A stretch of 64,000 nucleotides of DNA, from positions 66,906-130,905 of the forward strand of contig JBCCML010000005.1 in NCBI GenBank assembly GCA_039026375.1, written 5' to 3'. Each line of letters starts with the position of its first letter. The stretch's first letter is position 1. The position numbers and the translations under genes were made by a program. This document shows, piece after piece, positions 39,420-47,908 of this stretch. The stretch comes from Pseudomonadota bacterium (lineage in GTDB: Bacteria; Pseudomonadota; Alphaproteobacteria; Rhodobacterales; Rhodobacteraceae). A model generated the notes under the pieces. The model saw only the letters and a program-made list of their open reading frames with translations. It was not told where the DNA came from and did no database searches.

Positions 39420-40376
39420 TTACTGCTGCGCCTCGGTCAGCGCGAAGCCCACTTCCTGGTAGTAGCGGAGAGCGCCGGGATGGATCTTGCCGGTGATATT
39501 GGCCAGCAGGTCCTGGTCGACGCCATTCCACCAGGCAGCGCCGCTGCCCATGGCTGCCTTCTGCTCCCAGTAGGTTTTGGTCAGCTGATAGGCTGTGTCG
39601 TCATCCATTGCCGTCGTCGTGTAGGCGACCACCGGTAGCGACGTCGTGACGATCGGCGCATCTTGGCCGGCATAGGTGCCCGCAGGGATCACCAGGCGCG
39701 TGCGCTTGGTCTGGGTGATCTGGCCATCGCTAAGCGACAGAACCCGAACGCCGGTGGACGCTGCTGCCTCGATCACATTGGGGGCAGGGTAGGATCCAGC
39801 GGTAACAAATCCGTCGATCTGGCCGTTCTTCAGCGCTGGTACAGCGTTGGACAGTTCCACATCGGCCAGGTCCACTTTGCCTTCCAGCCCGAACAGGCCC
39901 AGGTACTTTGTGCCTTCGCGCGCGCCGAACGAACCCTTGCCCACCAGAATGCGCTTGCCTTTAAGGTCGGCGAAGGTTTCGATCCCGCTGTCGGCGCGGA
40001 CGACGAAGTGCATGGTCAGCGAGGGGATCGGGAACAGGGCGCGGATCTCGTCGAAGGCTGGGCTGCCCTTGCCCTCGAACATGGCCTTTTCGGATTGGGC
40101 CAGGCGCACCAGGACGGGCGGGGTGGTGAAGACATAGTCGCCGCCTCGGGCCCGAACCTCCATGACGTTCTGCACCGAGCCCTGGCTTTCTTCGACGGTG
40201 ACGATGATATCGCCGTCCGAGCCCGCCTTCATCGCTTCGGCGATTTGGACGGCCATCTGATAATAGGACGACGTGGATTTCGCGGACTTGTAGGTGATGC
40301 GCGTGTCGGCCTGGGCCGATGCGGCACCAAGAAGCAGTCCGGCCGCGGCAGCGGCGGCGATCAGGCGCTTGGTCAT
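39420..40376 (-). CDS. TAXI family TRAP solute-binding protein
   Basis: Signal peptide, SSYYQMAV.IAE, SQGSVQNV, DLKGKRILVG..GS, ALKNGQIDG, IHPGALRYYQE. Confidence 0.9.
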   Translation of the reverse strand: MTKRLIAAAAAAGLLLGAASAQADTRITYKSAKSTSSYYQMAVQIAEAMKAGSDGDIIVTVEESQGSVQNVMEVRARGGDYVFTTPPVLVRLAQSEKAMFEGKGSPAFDEIRALFPIPSLTMHFVVRADSGIETFADLKGKRILVGKGSFGAREGTKYLGLFGLEGKVDLADVELSNAVPALKNGQIDGFVTAGSYPAPNVIEAAASTGVRVLSLSDGQITQTKRTRLVIPAGTYAGQDAPIVTTSLPVVAYTTTAMDDDTAYQLTKTYWEQKAAMGSGAAWWNGVDQDLLANITGKIHPGALRYYQEVGFALTEAQQ

Positions 40377-40442
40377 GCAGGTTTCCTCCCCGGTCTGGCC
40401 CGGCCGTCATTGCGGTGGGCGGAGGAAGGTTATGCCAAGCAC

Positions 40443-40467
40443 CCGCCCGCAAGACAATCGCGGGCGG
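40443..40467 (-). terminator. GC-rich stem-loop downstream of flgD
   Basis: CCGCCCGC-N9-GCGGGCGG. Confidence 0.35.
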
Positions 40468-40499
40468 AAGGGGATCTAGGCATATTTGGGTGCGGCGGT

Positions 40500-41198
40500 T
40501 TATTCTGCGGTGTTCGCCAGCGTGGTCAGGCGGGTGACTTGCTCTGGGTTGGCGCGTCCGCCATCGGTGAGTTCCAGGAACAAGCCCTCCTCCGTGCCGC
40601 GAATGCCGCTGACGGTCCGGGGGATCTGCGCTGGGATTTCCTCCAGCACCGAGCCGCCTTCGACATAGGACAGCGAGATCGCCACTTCGGTCCCGGCGAC
40701 CTGCGCGCCAGCCTGGGAAAGCCCGTCCCATGTTGCGCGGCCATTGGCGTCGGGTTCGACCACGAACTGGCGCAGGGTGCGGCCGTCGCTTGCGCGCACG
40801 ATGGCTTCGATCCGATCGGCGTTGACGTTCGGAGGGACATCGAAGCTTTTCGGCGTCCCGTCGGCGAAGAAGGTTCCGTCGGACAGTACGACATCGCGGC
40901 CGATCCACGAGGCGAAGCTGGCGAGGTCGGCGCTGAAGCTTTGTTCAATGAAAGCGTCCAGGCGTTCGTTGGTGCCAACGACCTGTTCGACCGTCGAGAA
41001 GCTGGCGAGTTGCGCGATGAACTCGGTCGAATCGAGCGGAGACAGCGGATCCTGGTTGCGCAGCTGAGCCGTTAGCAGCGTCAGAAAGCTATCGAAGTCG
41101 GCAGCCGCAGCGCTGCGAGAATCGCCCGATAACGCAGAGCGGTCTGTGGCCGGCACAACGGGTCCGGGAAGCAGGGCGGCGAGTGTCTGATCGGTCAT
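40500..41198 (-). CDS. flgD: Flagellar hook capping protein
   Basis: DFDSFLTLLTAQLRNQDPLSPLDSTEFIAQLASFSTVEQ. Confidence 0.95.
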   Translation of the reverse strand: MTDQTLAALLPGPVVPATDRSALSGDSRSAAAADFDSFLTLLTAQLRNQDPLSPLDSTEFIAQLASFSTVEQVVGTNERLDAFIEQSFSADLASFASWIGRDVVLSDGTFFADGTPKSFDVPPNVNADRIEAIVRASDGRTLRQFVVEPDANGRATWDGLSQAGAQVAGTEVAISLSYVEGGSVLEEIPAQIPRTVSGIRGTEEGLFLELTDGGRANPEQVTRLTTLANTAE

Positions 41199-41207
41199 GA
41201 GAGTGTC

Positions 41208-42767
41208 CTACAGTCGAATGTCCATGCTGGCGCCGGGCGGCAGCATTGTGGGTGCGCGGCCAGGTGAGGCAGTCGGCGTCTCAGATGTGCGGTCGCCCAT
41301 TGCCAGGTCGGGCCCTGCCCGGTTGTCGCCATCGCCCTCCGCCTGTTGGTCTGAGAACGCACTCATACCCAGATCCACCTGGCCAAAACCTGCCTCGGCG
41401 AACTGTTGGCTGAGCAAATCCAGGTGCCGGCGCAACAGATCACCAGTCGCCTGACGCTCGGCCGAGATGGTGGCCCGTAGATGTTGCTCGTTCAGTTCGA
41501 TGGTGATCTCCAGGCGGCCTAGCTCTGGCGGATCCAGCAGCACTTCGACCACGCCGCCATTTGCACGTGTTCCGGCGGCGGCCACGATCTGTGGCGCGAT
41601 CTGCCGTTCCACCGTCGCTGCCTGCATCTCGATCGGCATGGTTGTCGGCAGCACCGGCGTAGGCTGGGTCGCCCGGGCCGTCGCCAAGGTTGAAGCCTGG
41701 TACCCGCCCTCCGCAGTGCTCTGCACGAAGGAAGTCGTCTTCCCGTCGCCTCGTTGAGCGGCGTTCTCGGCCAGCGCCGGTTTTGGGACGCCGACCTTCG
41801 GCAAAGAGATCTCGCCCTCCTCGGTCAGATTTGGTGAGCTTGCGCCAGTGAGTGGTGCCTCGCCAGCGTTGGCACGCACTGCCGCGGCGGTTGTAGATTT
41901 CTCGGTCCGGCGCTCTGGTGCCACCACGTCTTTTGATATCGGTGCCGCAACTGTCTTTGGCGCCCCATCGTCCACGGGCTGTAGCACCGTCTTTGGGGTG
42001 GCGCGGTCGCTGATCTCCGTGGCGCTTTGGGCGGTTTCAGGTGCCTGGGCTGCTTGAGCCGCTGGACGAACCACCGGCGCCGCTGGCTGAGCGGGCACCT
42101 TCGGCTGCGGCGCAGTAGGCGCCTCTTCGGCAGGAAGGGCGACCTTGACCTGTGGTGCCGGCGCCGGCGGCTCCTCGACCACGGGGCCAGTTTGTGATGC
42201 GCGAATCGTGCCTGTCGTCAGGGCCTCGGTCCTTGTGGCACGCGGCTTCTCGACCACCTTGACCTCTGCCTCTCCGTCGTCTGTCGGCAACGGTTCGGCA
42301 TCGACCGGCATGGCAGCTTTTGGGCGCGTCTCATCCGGCGTAGCAGCAACCTGGCGTCCAACCCTGACAGCGTCTTCGGTGACCTGAGTGGATGGACGCA
42401 CGACCTGATCAGCAGCCGGGCGCACGGGCACATCAGCGCTTGCTTCGATTGCAGCCGTCGTTAGGCGACTGTCATCGGTGTCGCGCGCATCGTTTGATGC
42501 ATCGCTGTCCGCATCTTGCGCCGTCGACGCGCCGTTGCGCGAATCTTCCGCATTGCTTTCTGGCGCTTCACCTTCAACATCGCTCGCGGGCTCGGTGCGC
42601 GTATCATTGCGCTCCACCTCGGCCGGTTGTGCGCCGCGGTCCTGACGTTCGGACGTGAAGGCTTCAGAGAAACGTCCATCGTCGACATCGCCGCCTTGTG
42701 GGGGGCGCCGTCCGCTATCTTGGTTGAGCCCCAGCGGTCGCTGGGTCAGCATTTCTGGCAAATCCAT
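41208..42767 (-). CDS. fliK: Flagellar hook-length control protein
   Basis: Long Ala/Pro/Thr-rich low-complexity region, then VEVLLDPPELGRLEI...AER..T.DLLRRH...L...F..AG. Confidence 0.88.
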   Translation of the reverse strand: MDLPEMLTQRPLGLNQDSGRRPPQGGDVDDGRFSEAFTSERQDRGAQPAEVERNDTRTEPASDVEGEAPESNAEDSRNGASTAQDADSDASNDARDTDDSRLTTAAIEASADVPVRPAADQVVRPSTQVTEDAVRVGRQVAATPDETRPKAAMPVDAEPLPTDDGEAEVKVVEKPRATRTEALTTGTIRASQTGPVVEEPPAPAPQVKVALPAEEAPTAPQPKVPAQPAAPVVRPAAQAAQAPETAQSATEISDRATPKTVLQPVDDGAPKTVAAPISKDVVAPERRTEKSTTAAAVRANAGEAPLTGASSPNLTEEGEISLPKVGVPKPALAENAAQRGDGKTTSFVQSTAEGGYQASTLATARATQPTPVLPTTMPIEMQAATVERQIAPQIVAAAGTRANGGVVEVLLDPPELGRLEITIELNEQHLRATISAERQATGDLLRRHLDLLSQQFAEAGFGQVDLGMSAFSDQQAEGDGDNRAGPDLAMGDRTSETPTASPGRAPTMLPPGASMDIRL

Positions 42768-42817
42768 AGAACCATTCCTGCTTCTGCTGGTCTGGCCTGC
42801 TGTTAGCGCGACTAGCC

Positions 42818-42832
42818 TTACGAATTATTTAC
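42818..42832. promoter_or_regulatory. Degenerate CtrA-like site in the fliK/flgJ divergent promoter
   Basis: TTAC-GAATTAT-TTAC versus consensus TTAA-N7-TTAA (2 mismatches) in an AT-rich gap between flagellar genes. Confidence 0.3.
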
Positions 42833-42877
42833 GACGATGCGCTCATTTGGCGGCGGTCATCAGAACGAGGCTTTTCG

Positions 42878-43207
42878 ATGGAATTCCTGCTGCCAAAGAT
42901 CTCGACGTCCCCGAACGCGCCCCCAAACGCAACGACGCGGGCATCCGCCGCAGAACAGCCCGCTAATGACGTGGTTCGCGATGCTCAAATGCGGCAGCTA
43001 GCACAAAAGTTCGAAGCAACTTTTCTAGCAGAGATGTTGAAGTATAGCGGTCTGGGGGCACAGCGCGGCACATTCCATGGTGGTGCGGGCGAGGCGGGCT
43101 TCAGTGGCTTCCTGACGATGGAATATGCCGAGCAAATCGCCGATCGGGGCAGCCTGGGCATCGCCGACAAGATTTACACGTCGTTGAAGGAGCGTAGCGG
43201 TCAATGA
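42878..43207 (+). CDS. flgJ: Rod-binding protein, short single-domain FlgJ
   Basis: LAQKFEATFLAEMLK..G, F.GG.GE..FSGFL..EYA..IA..GSLGIA. Confidence 0.85.
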   Translation: MEFLLPKISTSPNAPPNATTRASAAEQPANDVVRDAQMRQLAQKFEATFLAEMLKYSGLGAQRGTFHGGAGEAGFSGFLTMEYAEQIADRGSLGIADKIYTSLKERSGQ

Positions 43208-43617
43208 GCCATGCTGTTGAACTTCCTGAAACGACAGATCTGGAACCTCAGGCAGGTTTTCTCTCTGTGGTAGAGACGGCGCTGGACATCCTGGAAGAGG
43301 AACGGCGGCTGTTCCTGACCGGCGCCTACAGCACGATACCGGATGTTGTTTCCCGCAAGCAGGTGGTGCTGGAAGGATTGGATGCGTGGATCCCGCTGGT
43401 GTCGCCGGACGACCAAATCGTTGACGCGATGCGCCGGCTGATAGCATCCAGTCGTCGAAACGAGCAGTTGATCCAGGCGGCCCGCGCCGGCCTGTCGCAC
43501 GCAAAGCGCAAGATCGCGACGATCCGTGCCGCCGAGCGCGGCGACGTTGCATATGCCGAAGATGGCAGCCGAATTGCCAGCCGCGCCGACCTGATCGGCA
43601 ATGGTAAATCCGCGTGA
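43204..43617 (+). CDS. flgN: FlgN-like flagellar export chaperone
   Basis: LDILEEERR..L.G...., RRNEQLIQAA..G....K...; overlaps the flgJ stop; position in module. Confidence 0.65.
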   Translation: MSHAVELPETTDLEPQAGFLSVVETALDILEEERRLFLTGAYSTIPDVVSRKQVVLEGLDAWIPLVSPDDQIVDAMRRLIASSRRNEQLIQAARAGLSHAKRKIATIRAAERGDVAYAEDGSRIASRADLIGNGKSA

Positions 43618-43849
43618 GTTTTAAGCATCTGTCCTGATTCCGGTCAGCTGGCTTTACCACGCACTAAGCCTTTCCAGCCCATTGTCTCGCCATCCCGCAA
43701 CGAAGGCGGGTTCTCCGGAGGCGGGTGTCTCCGGTACGCTGTCAGAAGACACGTTCCGAAGCGGTCGGTCGTATGCCGTCCGTAAATCCCTTCGGGGGTG
43801 AAGTGAAATCGCGGTGCGAAGCGCACTGCTCGAATAAGGAATGATGTCA

Positions 43850-45187
43850 ATGGTTGCCAGTGTTCTGACGAACAACGCAGCAATGATCGCTCTGCAAACC
43901 CTGCGGACGACCAACGGAAATCTTGAACAGATCAACAACCAGATCTCGACTGGTAAGAAGGTCGCGACCGCGAAAGATAGCGCCGCCGTCTTCGCCATCT
44001 CGAAGATCATGGAATCGGACGTTTCGGGCTTCAACGCCCTGAACGAGTCGATTTCGCTGGGTTCTGCCACGGCCGCTGTTGCTGCCAACGCAGCCAACTC
44101 GATCGGTGAGTTGCTGAACGAGATCAAAGGCAAGATCGTCGCCGCGAACGAAGAAAACGTCGACCGGACATCGTTGAACAACGAAATCTCGTCGCTGCGT
44201 GATCAGATCAGCAGCATCGTGAATTCGGCGCAGTTCAACGGTCTGAACCTGATCGATGGTTCGAATGCGGATTTCGGCGTTCTATCGTCGCTGAATCGTA
44301 ACGCATCGGGCGCAGTCACGACCGGTAGAGTGGAGCTGGACACAGCCGTTACCAACCTGAACCTCGCCTCGCCCGGCATCGTGCTGGACGACTTCGGTGC
44401 GAACAGCAGCTCGGCCCTGGCCATCACCGGTGATGCGGCTGGTACCGACCAGGCCAACGGTCTCGGCGGCGGCACCGCCGTGCCGGGTGGTGTGGACAAC
44501 AGGAACTTCCAGGTCATTGAGTCCGGCACGAGTGTCACACTGACCGTTGGCGCGGTTGGATCGGCGAACAATGCCGGTACAGGTGCGTCGTCGCTAAGTG
44601 AGGCCTCAACCGGCGAACTGACGGCGACCGACGAATTCCTGGCGGGTGACATCATCTCTGTCACGCTGGGCTCGATTCGTGGCGCCTATGTGGTTCGCGA
44701 TAACGACAGCGTAAATGACATCGCTGCCGGTATCAGGGGTTCGTTGAGCGATGCGGGCGTTGATTCGACCACGTTCACCATCAACACTGCTGGTGGGGTT
44801 GTCACGATCATCAACAACGGCCCGCTTGAGCAGCGGTTCTCGGCATCCGCAACGCGTGGTCAGGGTGGTCTTGCACCGCTGAACACGGTCGATGTGACAA
44901 CTGGTGGGGGTGCTACGGCCGCCCTTGGCACGATCGAGGCTGTCATCCAGACGGCAACGTCGGCGCAGGCCGCACTTGGTACGCTTCAGAAACGTCTGGA
45001 GATCCAGGGCGACTTCACCAAGACCCTGGTCGACAGCTTCAAGTCGGGTATCGGCGCCCTGGTTGACGCTGACCTGGAAGAAGCCTCGGCCCGTCTGCAG
45101 GCCCTGCAGGTCCAGCAGCAGCTGGGTATTCAGGCCCTGTCGATTGCGAACCAGGCTCCCCAGAACATCCTGGCGTTGTTCCGGTAA
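43850..45187 (+). CDS. fliC: Flagellin
   Basis: SVLTNNAAMIALQTL, ISTGKKV.TAKD, C-terminal LVDADLEEASARLQALQVQQQLGIQALSIANQAPQNILALFR; start could be 43841, 43844 or 43850. Confidence 0.97.
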   Translation: MVASVLTNNAAMIALQTLRTTNGNLEQINNQISTGKKVATAKDSAAVFAISKIMESDVSGFNALNESISLGSATAAVAANAANSIGELLNEIKGKIVAANEENVDRTSLNNEISSLRDQISSIVNSAQFNGLNLIDGSNADFGVLSSLNRNASGAVTTGRVELDTAVTNLNLASPGIVLDDFGANSSSALAITGDAAGTDQANGLGGGTAVPGGVDNRNFQVIESGTSVTLTVGAVGSANNAGTGASSLSEASTGELTATDEFLAGDIISVTLGSIRGAYVVRDNDSVNDIAAGIRGSLSDAGVDSTTFTINTAGGVVTIINNGPLEQRFSASATRGQGGLAPLNTVDVTTGGGATAALGTIEAVIQTATSAQAALGTLQKRLEIQGDFTKTLVDSFKSGIGALVDADLEEASARLQALQVQQQLGIQALSIANQAPQNILALFR

Positions 45188-45195
45188 TCCTAGCG

Positions 45196-45222
45196 GATGG
45201 GGCGGGTCTGACCCGCCCCATC
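45196..45222 (+). terminator. Perfect inverted repeat directly after flagellin
   Basis: GATGGGGCGGGTC-T-GACCCGCCCCATC: 13-bp arms, no U-tract. Confidence 0.6.
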
Positions 45223-45280
45223 TCTCCCGAATGAAGAGTTTTGTTGGGTGGAACAACCCGGCTGCCTGAAAGGCTAGGCA

Positions 45281-45676
45281 ATGCCTGCGCTTGCACAACT
45301 ACAGAACGGTTATCTCTCGGCAACCCGGAACATCGGAACGCCACGAGAGGTCGAATATCAACTGCTTAGCCGGGTGACCGGTAAGCTGAAAAAAGCAGCT
45401 TCGGGGAAGGCCGAATTCAAGGACCTTGCCGCCGCGCTGCACGAAAACCTGATGATCTGGCAGACCTTGGCCTTGGACGTTGTGGAAGACGACAACGGGC
45501 TGCCCAGCCAACTTCGCGCTCAGATCTTTTATCTTTACGAGTTCGCTCTGGTGCACACCCCCAAGGTGTTGCAGCGCGAGGCTGATGCTTCGGCACTAAT
45601 CGACGTGAACACGGCTGTCATCAGCGGTTTGCGCCAGGCGGCTTTGGCGAAAGGACCGGATCAATGCCAGGTTTGA
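45281..45676 (+). CDS. flaF: Flagellar biosynthesis regulator FlaF
   Basis: TPREVEY.LL..VT..L, ALHEN...W..LA.DV....NGLP.QLRA.IF.L.EF, LIDVNTAVISGL. Confidence 0.92.
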   Translation: MPALAQLQNGYLSATRNIGTPREVEYQLLSRVTGKLKKAASGKAEFKDLAAALHENLMIWQTLALDVVEDDNGLPSQLRAQIFYLYEFALVHTPKVLQREADASALIDVNTAVISGLRQAALAKGPDQCQV

Positions 45677-46089
45677 TCCTGAAACTGCGCGCCCACGAGC
45701 AGATCCTGGTCAACGGCGTTGTGATGCAGAACGGCGATCGAAACGCCAGGCTGATCATCAAGACGCCAGACGCCAAAATTCTGCGCTTGCGGGACGCGAT
45801 ACACCCAGAAGAAGCGACCACACCGGTCAAACGCGTTTGCTACATCGCGCAGCTTGCAGTGGCGGGAGAAGCAGAGCCCGCGCAGGCACGCGCTCAGTTG
45901 GCAACCGGTATCGGCCAACTTGCCGATGCGCTGACGGGGTTGGAAGGGGCGCAATACCTGCAAGAGGCGATGGACGCGGTGCATGAGGACAACTTCTACG
46001 CGGCGCTTCGGTCTCTGAGGAAACTACTGCCCATCGAAGAAGAGCTGCTCGCCCGCGAGCCGGTGCAACTGCGTGCGGCTAAACAATAG
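45664..46089 (+). CDS. flbT: Flagellin translational regulator FlbT
   Basis: MPGLILKL...E.ILVNGVV, ILRL.DAIHPEEA.TPV.R..Y, Y.AL..LR.LLP.E. Confidence 0.92.
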   Translation: MPGLILKLRAHEQILVNGVVMQNGDRNARLIIKTPDAKILRLRDAIHPEEATTPVKRVCYIAQLAVAGEAEPAQARAQLATGIGQLADALTGLEGAQYLQEAMDAVHEDNFYAALRSLRKLLPIEEELLAREPVQLRAAKQ

Positions 46090-46097
46090 GCCGCATC

Positions 46098-46940
46098 ATG
46101 CCCTTGCCCCCAGCCATACCGCTGACCGGAATCGGTGGCCTGCGCTTCTTGGACCGTACCTACGATCGGCAGTTCGAGATCTTCAACCGCAGCCCCGACA
46201 TCGCGCGTGAAATCGAGTATTTCGAGCAAAATGCCGGCAGCATCACATCGGTCGATGACCTGATGGCGGATCGACGGATTTTGAACGTGGTGTTGGGGGC
46301 TTTTGGACTGGACGAGGACGTCGGTAAAAACGCCTTCATTCGCAAGGTGGTCGAAGAGGGGACAATCGATCCCGAAGCCTTCGCCAACCGCCTCGTCGAT
46401 CCGCGCTATCGCGAAATGTCCGAGTTTCTTGCACTTGGCGACCTGGGTAATGCGTTCGAGCGGCCGTCGGAGATCACCGAACTGGTCGATCGGTACAAGG
46501 AACGCCAATTCGAACTCTCGGTGGGCGATGTCGACTTCGACCTGCGTCTGGCGCTGAACTTTCGTCGCGAGGCTGAAGCCACCGTGAATCGGATTTCCGA
46601 TCCTGATTCGGCGTGGCTGGGCCTTCTGGGGTCGCGCCCGCTGCGCAGCGTTCTAGAAGGTGCCTTGAACCTGCCAACTGAATTCGGCACAGCGGATCTC
46701 GACCAGCAGGTCGAAGAAGTAAAACGTCGAATGGACAATTTGTTCGACGTCACCAGCCCAACCGATCTATTGGAGAGCGAGGTGCTTGACCAGGTTGTCG
46801 ATCGGTTTCTGGCTAACTCGCAGATAACCAATGGGGTTCTGGGCCCATCAGTCCGAGGTGCGACGGCACTCAGCCTTTTGCAGTTCGGAGGTGTGGGGAC
46901 GATCGGGGGTTCGAACCTCTTCGCGTCAAACTTCATCTGA
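46098..46940 (+). CDS. DUF1217 family flagellar-associated protein
   Basis: G..FL.RT...Q, REIEYFEQNAG.I.SVDDLMADRRIL.V.LGAFGL.ED, ANRLVDPRY. Confidence 0.85.
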   Translation: MPLPPAIPLTGIGGLRFLDRTYDRQFEIFNRSPDIAREIEYFEQNAGSITSVDDLMADRRILNVVLGAFGLDEDVGKNAFIRKVVEEGTIDPEAFANRLVDPRYREMSEFLALGDLGNAFERPSEITELVDRYKERQFELSVGDVDFDLRLALNFRREAEATVNRISDPDSAWLGLLGSRPLRSVLEGALNLPTEFGTADLDQQVEEVKRRMDNLFDVTSPTDLLESEVLDQVVDRFLANSQITNGVLGPSVRGATALSLLQFGGVGTIGGSNLFASNFI

Positions 46941-46957
46941 CACGACATCGCGCCACT

Positions 46958-47404
46958 CTAGCCGGTCGCTGGAAACTCGGCCTCGATGCGCTGTTTCAAT
47001 TGGTCCCGGGTCTGTCGATAGGCCGCTAGCTTGTCCTCGCGATTTTCCCCCAATCCTGTGGGGTCCAGAGTAGGCCAATAGGTGACTTCCACGTGGAATT
47101 CACGCGTGTGGTCCAGGACGTAGCGCTGCGCCCCGGGTGAAAGCGCGATCACCCGGTCATAGGCACCCAGGTCGTCACCCCATTCCTCCATCTGCTCGAA
47201 CGTGCGAGAGCGATGTTTCGAGATGTCGATGCCCACCTCGGCGGCAACCGCGATCATGAAACCGTCCACTTCAAGGTCGCTGAAAATCCCGGCAGATTGA
47301 ATAAACACTCGGCGCCCGTGCAGGTGCTTCATCAAGCCCTCGGCCATGGGAGAGCGGACGGCATTGTGATCGCAGCAGAACAGGATCGAGCCGGGCAGGC
47401 CCAT
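46958..47404 (-). CDS. Low-molecular-weight phosphatase / ArsC-like protein
   Basis: ILFCCDHNAVRSPMAE, QSAG, WPTLDP. Confidence 0.88.
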   Translation of the reverse strand: MGLPGSILFCCDHNAVRSPMAEGLMKHLHGRRVFIQSAGIFSDLEVDGFMIAVAAEVGIDISKHRSRTFEQMEEWGDDLGAYDRVIALSPGAQRYVLDHTREFHVEVTYWPTLDPTGLGENREDKLAAYRQTRDQLKQRIEAEFPATG

Positions 47405-47410
47405 GATCCC

Positions 47411-47908
47411 TTATCCTCGAAACTGCAGGGCGCAGATCACCGTGAAAAGTCGTCTTGCGGTGTCCTTGTCGGTCAGGATCTTGCCTTCCAGGCGTTCCGA
47501 CAGGATCTCGGCTCCCTCGTTGTGCAGGCCGCGCCGCCCCATGTCGATGGCTTCGATCTTCGAGGGTGGCAGGCGTTTGACGGCGTCGAAGTACTGTTCG
47601 CAGATGGCGAAGTAATCCTTGATTATCCCGCGCAATGGCGACAGCGACAGGCGCAACTCACTGGCGACATCCCCGTCCTCGGTTCTGACCTCAACCACCA
47701 GCATGCGTTCGGCCATGCCGATGCCCAGCCTATAGGGACCGACGGGCACCTCGCCTTTATCACGCGCCAGGGGTTTGAATCTGTTGTCCTGGACCAGGTC
47801 ATAGATTGCGACGTTTAATTCCTGCTCGATCTCGGGCGTGCGGGCCCGGGGGCGATCTTCGAGGAGTTCCACTGCGATCAGGCGGTCCGTGCGGGCGTAA
47901 CTGCTCAA
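47411..47908 (-). CDS. UPF0262 family protein
   Basis: EQELNVAIYDL...N.F, IKDYF.IC..Y..AV, IEAIDMGRRGLHNEG, D..TARRLFT.IC. Confidence 0.92.
   Translation of the reverse strand: MSSYARTDRLIAVELLEDRPRARTPEIEQELNVAIYDLVQDNRFKPLARDKGEVPVGPYRLGIGMAERMLVVEVRTEDGDVASELRLSLSPLRGIIKDYFAICEQYFDAVKRLPPSKIEAIDMGRRGLHNEGAEILSERLEGKILTDKDTARRLFTVICALQFRG

Larger units (their letters stand above)
26936..40376. mobile_element. Putative horizontally acquired high-GC block (no mobility gene seen)
   Basis: Hand-counted GC per 60-nt line: 43/60 (line 30001), 46/60 (31801), 38/60 (32101) versus 33/60 (1201), 34/60 (12001); very long antisense ORFs appear here; right border is fuzzy. Confidence 0.45.

Noticed and set aside
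33602-41075. Other long alternate-frame ORFs (378, 328, 474 and 470 aa) over glgA, glgC, TRAP and flgD
   Set aside because: They overlap well-supported genes, have Arg/Pro/Gly-biased composition and no family motifs
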